DNA of 64,000 nucleotides from positions 95,604,001-95,668,000 of the forward strand of contig NC_042997.1 of assembly GCF_006345805.1 (NCBI RefSeq), read 5' to 3'. Under the pieces are notes generated by a model, which ran no database searches, was not told the origin of the DNA, and worked only from the letters and a program-made list of their open reading frames with translations. A program made the position numbers and the translations under genes. Origin of the DNA: Octopus sinensis (taxonomy: Eukaryota). Each line of letters opens with the position of its first letter. Within the stretch, counting starts at the first letter, position 1. Positions 40,532-53,247 of this stretch are shown here, piece by piece.

Positions 40532-41260
40532 CTTAATAATAAGATTGAACAGAGAGGTAAGCATAGAGGAGAAAAGCTTGTGCACTTTTCTGTAGCGGCA
40601 ATTCCCATTTGCCCATTCGGTATGCATTCTGTATGTAGAATAGCATCGAAAATAACTATTGCAGATTGGCATTATGAAATAAACTGAATGTATTATGTAA
40701 ATAAAAGAAAAAGAAGTTTATTGAATATATATAAGATATAAATTGACACAGAAATACAAATGCAGAAACACATATCAGCACACAAACATTCAATTACATG
40801 TAACTATATAATGCGCACTTGCAGATGGGACCGCATGTGTGCGCGTGTTCATTGTGTGACAAAAATATCTTAGTTATTATAACCAGGCATGATTTAATTT
40901 ACGCATTTTCTTCTGGGAATAAAACTTTCCATACAATAAAGGTCAGAAAATTTATTATTTTCCATAAATATTATTTTATTCTTCATACCTAAGAAGAAAA
41001 AAATAATGAAATGCAGGTTAAACAGATGTATACTTAATGCTTTCTGTGCATTTATTTCGTTTTCGATCGAATTATTTTTAGTAAGTTTACAAATTGAGAA
41101 TTTATGTACTTTCTTCATTGCAACTACATCGTTTCGGGTTCTCCCCACTCTCTGGTAACTAGGTAACGTGCCGCCTACTATTGCTATGAGTCAATGAATG
41201 TCCTGTAAGTGAATTTGGTAGCCGGAAACCGTGTGGAAGGCCATCAAGTAGCTACATACA

Positions 41261-41700
41261 TACAAAGTCTGATCAATAAGTATCCGTACATGCAGAGTGA
41301 AGGCACTTGGCATAAATTAACCATGATCTCTGCTGTGCATGCGCACTAATTTTTAACGTTCAAGCTCGGGTTTCAGTTGCACAATACCTCTTTGATTGTG
41401 TCGAAAACGATGAAAACTTTTTGAAAAGTTGCGTAGGCCTCTGAGCATGTATCGTCAGGCTTTAGGAAACTTTGATGCAGATTGTCTGCTCAACTCACTC
41501 TCATGGTCAATGCGACGATCACATGCTACACACGTTCCTTCCAAGCACTGCTATAAACAGCTGAAGTGAGCTAGAATGTTAAAACATACTGCATATGCAC
41601 AACAGCTTTTAAGGTCAAAATTTACCACTTGGCTCTACTCTGCATGATTTGGCTTCGTTACTATGGCAACAGTCCGAATACTTATTGATCAGACCACGTA
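41261..41700. mobile_element. Mariner-derived MITE, same family as 1666-2529
   Basis: TIRs TACAAAGTCTGATCAATAAGTATCCG / CCGAATACTTATTGATCAGACCACGTA; internal sequence matches 1760-1950 inverted. Confidence 0.85.
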
Positions 41701-42044
41701 TGTCTCTTTTTAAAATTAAAGTTTAGTTAGGAGACTTTAAAATGTAGTATCCAAACTTTGTTTTGGGTATGTTCCTAGTAGTGTATCTTGAGAGCACGTT
41801 CATCACATACGGCTACCAAGCGTCATCTGCGAAACTGCACTTTCGTTGCAGGATCTACGTAAGGAATTCTTCGGTACACGTTTAGTATATTTTAAATAAT
41901 TGATAGGGAAGACAGAATGTGCTGTAAGCTTTATTTGACACAGTTTACAGTACTCTCTGCTTTCTCTATCAATTATTCAAAATATTTCTACACATATATG
42001 CATGTGTGTGTATGTGTTTATGGATATGTAGCATCGCATGAAAA

Positions 42045-42190
42045 TCGGTGTTGTTTTACCTCTCCGTAACTACTGGCTATACAAAAGAGCTCGGTAAAAT
42101 AATTACCAGACTTACGAATAAGTACTGAAATATATTTGTCCGAGTAAACCATTCAATCCATGGCCGCTGCAGTCCAATGACTAAAAATAT
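42045..42190 (+). mobile_element. Degenerate SINE family A tail
   Basis: GGTGTTGTTTTACCTCTCCGTAACT...GAATAAGTACTG...CATGGCCGCTGCAGTCCAATGACT. Confidence 0.55.
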
Positions 42191-43799
42191 TTTAAAGTTA
42201 AAAATCATTTTACATACATAAATACATATACACATATAGAAATAAACCACACGCGCGCAAACACAATTTCACACATTGACACATATACACACATACAAGT
42301 ACACAATTCCCTGCTACACAGGCACAGGCACACACACAAACACATACGCACATACACACACATACGCACGCACGCACACGAGCACACACACACGTAACTG
42401 GAATTTATATAGCGAAAATATTTTGCTGTTGCTCAAGATATTCAAACCATTCTTAATTTAACTATATAATCAAATGCCTCTTCCCTTTTTGTAGATGATA
42501 TTTTATTATTTCTAACACGAAGACCACCGTTGATAGATCAAGTAGAGAAGTGTTGGATACCCAAGTACTGTCGAAATTGAGAACTGCAATTAGGTTTACG
42601 TTTTTCACAAAATTTCAACGAGGCTGGCTATATTTCACTTTTCCCACAAATTCAAAAATATTAACGATTTATGTGAAACTAGCTGAATAATAGGATCGGA
42701 TAATAAGAAAAAAAGCTAGTCATATAGATTCTTATATCCGTAATTTGTGATATATACAGAATACTTAATACAGAGAAATATATTTTATGTTAATAAAAAA
42801 TAGATGATATTTTTAATGCCTCGTCATCTCTGTTCTATATATTTAAAATGTGTTATTACCAATGTATGTCGGTACATACACATAGACATGCACGCACATA
42901 AACAGATACAGACACATATGTGTATATGTGTATATGTGTATGGGTGTGCAGTTCTATGATGGTGTTAAAGAGAGAAGAGGCGGTATGTATATGTATAGGA
43001 ATGTATCGGTGTTTATCGATGGGCAGTAAGAAGGAGAGGTTTTTTTGATGTTCGTGTATATATGTGGGACTTTCCAGCTGCTGATGAGCACTGGGGTGAG
43101 CTGTAGAGATGGGAAGTGTGAAATTGTATTGAGCGTATGTGTGATTGTGATTAAACCATGGGTGTTTGTGGGTGGACGCCGAGTGTGATGTAAAAAAGGA
43201 AGCCAAAACGTATGGAGGCAGGTGAGAGCGAAGAACATGCAAGGGTATGGGTTTGAGATGCTGTTGCATGGAAGGAATGCATAAACAAGGGAATTAAGAA
43301 GGAAAAACAAAGCGGAAGTTCAAGGACCGAAGTGAAACGCGGAGAATGACAGAAAAATAGGAGAAAGAATAATTACAATACAATAGTGTTGTATAAACAG
43401 CATTTTTGTATTTTGAGAGAAGAAAACTAAATGTGACATGTGATGGGGTGCAAATTCTATAAATTGATGCCAGGAAAAAGGAAAAAAAAAAATTCAAAAA
43501 GTGAATAAGAAAAGCGACACGAAGAGAAACGTGCGAGTTCAGTGAGTGGAGAGGTGTGAGATAAAAAGAAGAGGAGAATTGAAGAAAAAATAATTACAAT
43601 ACACACTGATATAACAGGTTTTTAAAGGTCTGTGACAGAATCAATTTTAAAACAATTTTTAAATGTTGATGAAATTCTTCTGAGATTGCACAGCTGCTAC
43701 AAAATGCATTGTCGGAAATATTGTCCATTATATGGGGAGGAACTTAGAGCCCTAGATGTGTGATTTCGTGTAAGATTAGAAACGATTGAAAGAACAAAA

Positions 43800-44335
43800 A
43801 ACGGAAACCGGTATATATGAATACCCAAAAGTAACAAAAATTAGCCGGAAACGTTCTCTGTAGGATAAGCCTCTTGTAGCTGAGGCTTCCGCCGCTAGGA
43901 GCCACTTGATGCAACCCTCAGGCAACAGTCTGCCGACCGGCGTCTTCCCTCGGTGTTGTGCTTCCACGCGGTTCATCTTTGTTTCTCAGTACTTCTCCCA
44001 TATTCGGCCATTTCTGCGATGGCTGCAACGAAAGAACAGCATTCTTCCGTGAAATTCTGATTTCTGCTTGGGAAAACAGTGGCCGAAACAGTTGTCATGC
44101 AGCAAACATCTTACAATAACGCTGCCATGAGCTCAACACAAGTTAACGAGTAGTTTTCATGCTTTAAGAATTGTCACTTGCCACTAGTGGATCAACCTCT
44201 TTCAGGGTGACAGTCGATCTCCCGAACGAATGAAAATATAACGATAATTCATTAACCGATCTTGGGAGACTGTCACCAAAAAATTGATGAACTTGTTGGT
44301 ATGACTGGTGTGTCCTGAAGCTCCTACCAACGAAC
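43800..44335 (+). mobile_element. Decayed mariner 5' part
   Basis: From 44019 MAATKEQHSSVKF*FLLGKTVAETVVMQQTSYNNAAMSSTQVNE*FSCFK...DQPLSG, a mariner N-terminus with stops. Confidence 0.8.
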
Positions 44336-44494
44336 TATATATCTGTGTGAGTGTGTGTCTAAAAAAGGAAGGCGCCGTAAAATGCGTCATGAAACCAAAG
44401 ATCGGTTATAGTACTATTTCTATATTCTACTATATTACTCACAGTAATACTACAGAGGATATGCTAGAAGAATACAATCGAATACTAGAATTAG

Positions 44495-44512
44495 TAATAA
44501 TAATAATAATAA

Positions 44513-44550
<38 letters not shown>

Positions 44551-44588
44551 TAATAATAATATTAATAATGATAATAATAATAGTAATA
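44495..44588. repeat. (AAT)n microsatellite
   Basis: Direct reading; similar arrays at 58300-58445 and 62323-62408. Confidence 0.95.
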
Positions 44589-45154
44589 GGCAGAACACTG
44601 GTTTATTATTCAATGCTGTGTAGGACTTGTACGCTTTTCAGCAAAATGAAGAAATAATTTCATAAAAACCGCATGCATGTTTACTCCTCAGAGAATCATT
44701 GTCACACTACATATATATAAATATATATATACATTTTTCCCATTGTGCAAATTATCAACGAACTGTCTTTTCTCGCAGTATACAGAGGGTATACATGTAG
44801 CGAATCATGGGTATCCGTAAAATACGACGCCCTCCCAAAACCAAGTATATGTGACCAGAGTATAAGAGAAAGAGAGAAAAAAAAAGAGAGAGAGAGAGAG
44901 CAAATAAGGAAGTAGAAAAGAGATAAGAAGTAGAAAACAAGTAAATCAAAATAAAAATTAGAAGGCGGAAGAAGAACAGAGATCAAACTGATAACAGAGT
45001 CTCATTAAGGTGGAGTCATCAATTAGCAAGAGCTGGCTGTCTTACTGATTTCTATCAAAACAAATATACATATAAAGACATGATGAACACGAAAGAAAGC
45101 CTCACACACAACAGGCACATAAACAAACACGCATATATACATACATGCATATGT

Positions 45155-45473
<319 letters not shown>

Positions 45474-45639
45474 ATATGATTGGTTGAATGAAAGGGAGAT
45501 AATAATCATATATATATATATATATACTTATACATATACATACATACATACATACATACATACATACATACCTATATGTATTTATATATATATATATATA
45601 TTTATTTATTTATATACATATATATATCTATATATATGT

Positions 45640-46568
45640 GTGCGATGCTCGAATTGTCGCCATTTGATATGTTTAATTTCGTGCAGACGCATCGTTTGTT
45701 TTTGATTTTGTCGAACTGAGGTTTGTTGGGCACCGTCTGTGAGTAAACAGCACCCTGGCGCAATTTACTCTACCAGAAAATTGGAAATGAAATGCTTGGT
45801 ATTCGCTCCGGAAGCTCTAACACGATCAGTGCAGAGGATTCGGAAAGTGTTAGATGAGTCTAATGGTGATTACGAAAGTATGGTAGCTCGGAAAACGCAC
45901 TGTGATCGTTCTGCTAAGAAAAGAACTCCTGAATTTGTTGGTGAGATACAGGCCATGATTGACAACGATCCCTCCAAGTCAGTCACGTCCATTGCCAGGG
46001 ACATGCGAGTGTCTGAGTTCCTTATAAGGCAGGTAGTGCATAAAGACATTCGGTATTCCTCATACAAGATGAGAAAGGGCCAATTTTTATTCCAAGTCAT
46101 CAATGAAAATAGGAAAGACGGAACATGCTTTGGTTTTTCTCAGACGTGAGAAAAAATTCTGAAAGGATCAGATGGTGCAGCATGCCATACAAGCAGGAGA
46201 ACACAGTCATGGCTGTCAGACAATTTCTGCGACCACATCACCCCTAACTCCCCAGACTGCAAATCCCTTGATTATTATGTGTGAGGTGCACTTGAGCAAG
46301 AGACCAACTCCTTGTAACACCAAAGATGAACTGGAGGCAATGTTTATGGCAGCATTCAACAACTTAATCAAGGAAACCGTCCTGAAGAACTGCATGAGTT
46401 TCCGAAGTCTTCTGGAGGCCGTGGTTGAAGCTAACGGCGATTTTATTGAATAAATTTACTCTTTAGTATTTCAAGATATTTTTGTGTAATTTTGGTTAAT
46501 ATATGTTTTAAAATGAAATGTTTTCATTTTTAAGTAATTTAGACGACAATTTATTCACCGCTGCCTGT
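45640..46568 (+). mobile_element. Internally deleted Tc1/mariner (maT-like) element
   Basis: KRTPEFV.EIQAMIDNDPSKS..SIARDM.VSE..IRQVVH.DIRY.SYKMRKGQFL; PNSPDC..LDYYV; C-terminus FRS.LEAVVEANGDFIE*; end GACAATTTATTCACCGCTGCCTG|TA. Confidence 0.85.
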
Positions 46569-48147
46569 ATATGCACTAATATTCATATACTTTAGCGTTT
46601 CTGTTGTAAAATTGCGAATAAGTCACCCTAGGAAATCAGTGTATGACTGATTCGATTATCTTATAAACTGACAAGGCGAGATGAGTTTAACCCAAGGCGC
46701 AAGGTGTGAGTCACTGACGAGCATTAATGTAAATGCGAAATAATTGTGATCTGACTATGCCCAGGCGGTGAGGGAGCTTGCCTCCTTTATCAGTCATGAA
46801 GATAAGGTGCTTCTTATGGCTATGAGTTGTTTTAACTCTTATTTCTAGCAATACTGGTGTTGACTAATGCCTTCACTTACTTTCGTAACGTATATTTTTA
46901 TGCATACCCCTCCACACACGTGCGTGTGTGTATGCATGTATGTTCATGCATGTGTATGCGTGGTGTGTACATGTATGATTTATCTTTTCACCACTAATTA
47001 CTGATATGGGAAAATAATTGCATAATATTTAATGTTTTTCACGATTTGACGATATTAATGGGCATTAATAATATTTATATCAATATATTTTATTCACATA
47101 TTTTCGTACAGCAAATGCATTTAAGTTGTAATTCTTCAGATAACGTTTGGTATTAAGTGTATGCCTACATTTGTATTCCACTGATATAGAACAACAAGTT
47201 ACACACATGTCAGCTCCTTTGATAAAAAATTGTTTTTGGACCCTGACTTATCGTTTTAAAGCTAAGAATACTAATTATATCTCCACCTTTAGGAATGATA
47301 TCTTTTATGCATTTAACGACTAATTACTAATCGCCCTCAATATATCACCACACCAATAATGTCGATTTGTCATATTTTCTTCATTGCGAAGAAAGATTGA
47401 AATTAGTTGCTATGCATGGAACAATTTCGTCGCTTGAAATTTGTTTTATAGGAAGTATTTTCTTAACAGTAAACCGTATGTTTACAAGAAAGGTGATGGA
47501 CTTCTAGCAAAAGCTAATACACTTGTCAACTGCTCCAGTGAGACAGTAGTAACTGGTGCAGCATACGCGAATAGTTCAAAAGGAAGGTTGCTTCACAAAC
47601 ACGATGCCCTGCCTTGGATCACATTGCCTGCTATCTTCCACAAATGATATTCTCTGTATTCTTGTGGATGAAGTGGGGGAAACAAAAACTGTATAATACA
47701 CACTATCGGGTACAATATTGCAGCAATCCAAGACGTACAGATTTGTGACACTCTGTGCCATGCAGATGTACCTCAAATTCAAATAAAAGGTGCATGTGCC
47801 TGATGAATGCTCAGCTAGTTACCCTTTAAAACAGGAGCAGTTGATTCAAATGACTGAACAGCTATACCTTCATTTTCGAACGACAGAGAAGCATGCACTA
47901 ACAGAATCAACTGAGACTGAAATTAAAGTAAAATTTCCCAATTTCATAGATATAGTTGAAGTAATATACTATGTCGTCCTAGATATTTTTCAGCTAAAGA
48001 AGATGGAGTGGTCATTTATGGAATATTTGGTCATACGTCAAACGGTTATTTGCTCAGTCAATAACCGTATTACCATATTTCCGCATCATATTTTGTTACA
48101 GTTAATAGCTGTTCGATTCTCACAATTTTATTATTAGGTTTGTTACA

Positions 48148-48240
48148 AGGCGATGAGCTGGGAGAATCGTTAGCACGCCGGGCTAATTGCTTAGCCTGCC
48201 GCTTCGTTCTGAGTTCAAATTCCGCCGATGTCGACTTTCA
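48148..48240 (+). mobile_element. SINE family C head
   Basis: AGGCGATGAGCTGGGAGAATCGTTAGCACGCCGGGC...GTTCTGAGTTCAAATTCCGCCGATGTCGACTTT. Confidence 0.75.
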
Positions 48241-48404
48241 ATGCTGCTCCAAATAGTTGTCTCGTTTCACACACACGCACACAGAGTCTGATTCTTCCTT
48301 TTCACTTTCTGTCTCTTTCTCTTACACATATATACGCAAGAGCGCAGCATTTCAGGCAAGTCTGTTGAAGTGCTTGGGAAATGAAATTAGCCACAAGTAT
48401 TACT

Positions 48405-48813
48405 CTACTCCCTTTTTACTCTTTTACTTGTTTCAGTCATTTGACTGCCGCCATGCTGGAGCACCGCCTTTAGTCGAGCAAATCGACCCCGGGACTTATT
48501 CTTTGTAAGCTCAGTACTTATTCTATCGGTCTCTTTTGCCGAACCGCTGAGTGACGGGGACGTAAACACACCAGCATCGGTTGTCAAGCAATGCTAGGGG
48601 GACAAACACAGACACACAAACATATACACACACACTTATATATATATACATATATACGACATGCTTCTTTCAGTCTCCGTCAACCAAATCCACTCACAAG
48701 GCATTGGTCGGCCCGGGGCTATAGCAGAAGACACTTGCCCAAGATGCCACGCAGTGGGACTGAACCCGGAACCATGTGGTTGGTTAGCAAGCTACTTACC
48801 ACACAGCCACTCC
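48405..48813 (-). mobile_element. SINE family A, full length, best preserved copy
   Basis: Minus strand GGAGTGGCTGTGTGGTAAGTAGCTTGCTAACCAACCACATGGTTCCGGGTTCAGTCCCACTGCGTGGCATCTTGGGCAAGTG...(TA/TG)n...AAACAAGTAAAAGAGTAAAAAG. Confidence 0.9.
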
Positions 48814-49252
48814 AGCGTATCATTTTACATGCAATGCCATTAAAAAAGAGTGGGACCGAAACAACTGTACCCAGTAATAAGGGTGAACTAAACTCTTTTG
48901 TTTTCTACTTCTTTGGATTCCATAATATTCTCTTCATAAGATTCACATATTGGACCTAACAGTGTTGTATCTGAATTCTTCGTCACCAGTGGGATGTCAA
49001 TCTTCATTGAAACTCCTCTTCGTGAGATCAGATTGAAAATGTTTCCATTTTCGTATTTATTGAGATCCCAATATTTACATACAAACATAATTCATACATA
49101 CTAACATACATACATGCGTAAACATATATGTACGTACCTACATATATGCATGTATATTTGTATATATTGAACGCACACACATACACACACTTTCTCTCGT
49201 GGAATATGCTTGTATATATATATATGCATATACATATATGTACGTATATATG

Positions 49253-49291
<39 letters not shown>

Positions 49292-49296
49292 TATAT

Positions 49297-49391
<95 letters not shown>

Positions 49392-49416
49392 CATACATAC
49401 ATACATACATACATGC

Positions 49417-49448
<32 letters not shown>

Positions 49449-50177
49449 GATATATAATATACTAAAGAAAGTGTGTGTGGCGAACAGAGAGACATACGGA
49501 TGTATACAGATATGTATAATTTTAATGACTATGTGTTGAATAGAAAATGTTTGCTTCAAATTAATCCACGTAAATATTCACTTATAAGTTAGGCCTTGAA
49601 GGAAGCCAATTAAAGAAAAATGATTCTCAGCAGATATTCTTCAAAATCAACACGACGACTTCTGGTAATGATTTGTTCCCTCCTCTTAAGTGTTTGTGCA
49701 TGTAGGAGGCAGCAATGATATAAATTATATATTTGAAATATCCACTTTATGTAAATAGTTCTCGCATGATAATTTAATTGTTATTTCTCTATTGCGTATT
49801 TTAATTGCTAATGGAAAGTAAAACTCACATACAGTTTTCCTTTCTAACGTGTACTGAATACAATTCTGTCAGTTTCACGCTGGTAAACAATCGATTGAAT
49901 GATAATAGGCAAAAGAAAGACAATTGTTAAACTAGATATTAAATTGCAATAGAATATTACATTGTATTGTTAACAGAACAGTATTATGACATAAATTGGG
50001 TAGAAAGAGAAATACATGTATGTAATTAAATTCAGTAGTGTTCAGTTATACACTGGCCCCATTCACTGTATATTAACAACAAAAAAGGAATTAAACTGTT
50101 TGTGTTTCCAACTATGGAGTCTTTTAGAAATAGCATCATGTTTGACGGAACAATATTTCTTGTGCATATATGTATAT

Positions 50178-50589
50178 TTTTTATTTGTTTCACTAACTTG
50201 AGTGCAGCCATGCTGTAGCACCACCTTTAGTCGAGCACATCGACCCCAGGACTTATTCTTTGTAGGCCTAGTACTTATTCTACCGGTCTTAGTCAGCTAA
50301 GTTACGGGGACGTAAACACACCAATATCGGTTGTCAAGTGATGGTGGGGGACAAACACATATACACAAACACACACACACACATACATACACACGCACAC
50401 ACACATACACACACACGCACATATATATACACGGCAGGCGTCTTTCAGTTTCCGTCCCCCAAATCCACTCACAAGTCTTTGGCCGGCATGAGGCTATAGT
50501 AGAAGACACCTGCCCAAGGTGCCACGAAGAGGGACTGAATCCGGAACCATGTGGTTGGTAAACAGGCTACTTACCATACAGCCACTCCT
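50178..50589 (-). mobile_element. SINE family A, full length
   Basis: Same layout as 48405-48813. Confidence 0.88.
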
Positions 50590-50784
50590 TTTATTACTCT
50601 TTTTCATGTTTCAGTCATTTGACTGTGGCTACACTGAACTACAGCCTTTAGTCGAACAAATCGACTCCAGAACTTATTCTTTGTAAGCCTAGCACTTGTT
50701 CTATCGGTATCTTTTGCCGAACCGTAAACACACCAACACCGGTTGTCAAGTGATTGCGAGGAGGACGAACAGAGACACGCACAC

Positions 50785-50871
<87 letters not shown>

Positions 50872-51027
50872 TGCGACGGGATTCTTTCCGTTTCCATCTA
50901 CCAAATCATCTCAAAACGCTTTGGTCGGCCCGAGGCAATAGTAGATTTCACTTGCCCAAGGTCCCACGCAGTGGAACTGAACCTGGCACCAAGTGGTCGA
51001 TACGCAAGCTTCTTATCAGACAGCCAA
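50590..51027 (-). mobile_element. SINE family A, directly head-to-tail with the previous copy
   Basis: Tail begins immediately after the head of 50178-50589; more diverged head. Confidence 0.85.
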
Positions 51028-51209
51028 AACTATATGTATATATATGTGTGTGTGCGTGTGTATGTGTGTTTGTGTGTGTGTCTGTAAAATTAATAATTAT
51101 ATATATATAATTTAATAATTTAGTATATAAATTGTTATAAATTGTTTTTCCCTGCTGACTACTTGATAATTATTAAAATTATTTTTATCCTTATTTCATA
51201 TAGATGGCC

Positions 51210-51272
51210 AGATAACCGAAGAGATGGTGTTGTGGATTTCCACTTCGGCATCTGAAACTCAGAGTTTTATCT
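51210..51272 (+). ncRNA. Hammerhead variant (CCGAAGA core), third copy, in solo pLTR 51205-51378
   Basis: Identical to 30991-31053; followed by the same tail and (TA)n. Confidence 0.7.
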
Positions 51273-51375
51273 TGACTATTGAGTAATTGTAACATATTAT
51301 TTTATAGATAAATTTCCTCTATTTACACAATTTTGAGGTCTCTTTCTTTCTTTTGTTATCTTACCGTTTTTACCA

Positions 51376-51439
<64 letters not shown>

Positions 51440-51556
51440 TATATACGAATATAAACAAAGAAGGGTAATAATATAGATTACTACCAGTGGCTCAGCACAA
51501 AAGACAAATTAGTCATTAAACAAAATATTATTCATATAGAAAAATATTATTCATGT

Positions 51557-51777
51557 AGAAATATAATTAAGGGCTCCTAAATAAGGATGCCAAGTGCTGG
51601 GAACACAAAAAGGAGATAAATTTATTGAGAGTGAAAATCAAAAACATTTACCGATAACTTTACATCTCGAGATGTAAAGTTATCGGTAAATGTTTTTGAT
51701 TTTCACTCTCGATAAAGTTATCTCCTTTTTGTGTTCCCAGCACTTGGCATCCTTATGTAGGAACCCTTAATTATATT

Positions 51778-51780
<3 letters not shown>
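51557..51780. repeat. 224-bp spacerless palindrome
   Basis: Centre CATCTC|GAGATG at 51668/51669; arms differ by a few substitutions; left extension to ~51445. Confidence 0.95.
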
Positions 51781-51839
<59 letters not shown>

Positions 51840-51845
51840 CTATAT

Positions 51846-51895
<50 letters not shown>

Positions 51896-51898
<3 letters not shown>

Positions 51899-53172
51899 GA
51901 GGGGCGTTCAGTAAGTAATGCCCCTGACCCACTTCCCATAGCATTAGAGCAACGAAACTTGGCACAGTTAGTAGTCTTTTTCTACATAGGAACCACCCAG
52001 AGTTACGCAGTTCTCCCATCGTTTAATGCAGCGCTGGAGACCGTTTTTGTAGAAGACCCCAGCTTGGTCCTCCAACCACGACGTGACTTTAGAAATCAAG
52101 GCTGCATCATCTGTGAAATGCTTTCCTTTCAAAAACAACTTCATGGCTGGGAAGAGGTGAAAATCAGAGGGTGCAAGGTCAGGAGCGTAGGGGTGGGGGA
52201 GGAGTTCATAGCAGTACGCCTGTGCTTCTGATCTGGCGACACGCGAGTTGTGGACCGGAGCGTTGTCCTGCAGGAGGAGGATGCCTTTGCTGATCTTGCC
52301 CCACCTCTTGATTTTGATAGCTTCTCTTAATTTCCTCAAAAGTGAAGCATAATAGGCTCCTATAATTGTGGTACCCTTTGCCAGGAAATCTGTCATCACT
52401 ACTCCGTCCTGATCCCAGAAGACTGTGAGCATGACCATCCCAGCGGAGGGCTGCACCCTTGCCTTCTTTGGAGGAGGTGAGTCACCGTGCTTCCACTGCA
52501 TTGACTGAATCATAGTGATGGACCCAGGTTTCATCCTGTGTAATCAGTCTTTTGAAAAATTTTGACTCATCTTCTTGGCACATCTCCAAATTCATCCTCG
52601 AGCACTCGACACGTTCTTGCTTCTGGAAAGGTGTGAGCAACCTGGGAATCCATCTGGCAGACACCTTTTGCATATGCAAATGGTCATGAATGATAGTTTC
52701 CACAGACCCGGTACTAATCTTGACCTCATGGGCTATTTGGCGAATAGTTATGCATCGATCTTCCAAAATGGCAGCCTCAACTTGATGGACAGATGCCTCA
52801 TCAATGGCAGAAGGGGGTGACCAGATCTGGGAGCTGTTTCCACAGAGTTCCGACCATGGTTGAATTCACGATGCCAGCGTTTTACAAGGTAATATGATGG
52901 GGCATCATCACCATAAGTTACTTTCATTTCATCAAAAGTCTCCTGTGGTGTGCGTCCTTTCAAATACAAAAACCGGATCACTGCTCGACACTCAACAGGC
53001 TCCATTTCACACTTGACTCAGTTCAAACACCTGTAAATCAGGAACCACAATTAGCTCAGAGCTGTAATTTGCCACCTAATCTATAGAGATATAAATAATT
53101 GCACATGCAAAGTTACAGCTAGATCAAATAACTGCAATTGGGTCAGAGGCATTACTTATTGAACGTCCCTCG

Positions 53173-53174
<2 letters not shown>
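51896..53174 (-). mobile_element. Near full-length mariner transposon; transposase pseudogene 53005-51968
   Basis: TIRs TACGAGGGGCGTTCAGTAAGTAATGCCCCTGACCCA / TGGGTCAGAGGCATTACTTATTGAACGTCCCTCGTA in (TA)n; motifs WIPRLL, DETWVHHYD, QDNAP, YAPDLAPSDF over three frames. Confidence 0.97.
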
Positions 53175-53204
<30 letters not shown>

Positions 53205-53216
53205 TATATAAAGAGC

Positions 53217-53247
<31 letters not shown>

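Noticed and set aside
43074-43135. CTGATGA-GCACT...AGTGT-GAAA hammerhead candidate
   Set aside because: Stem II is possible but stems I and III are not; likely chance in a purine-rich decayed repeat.
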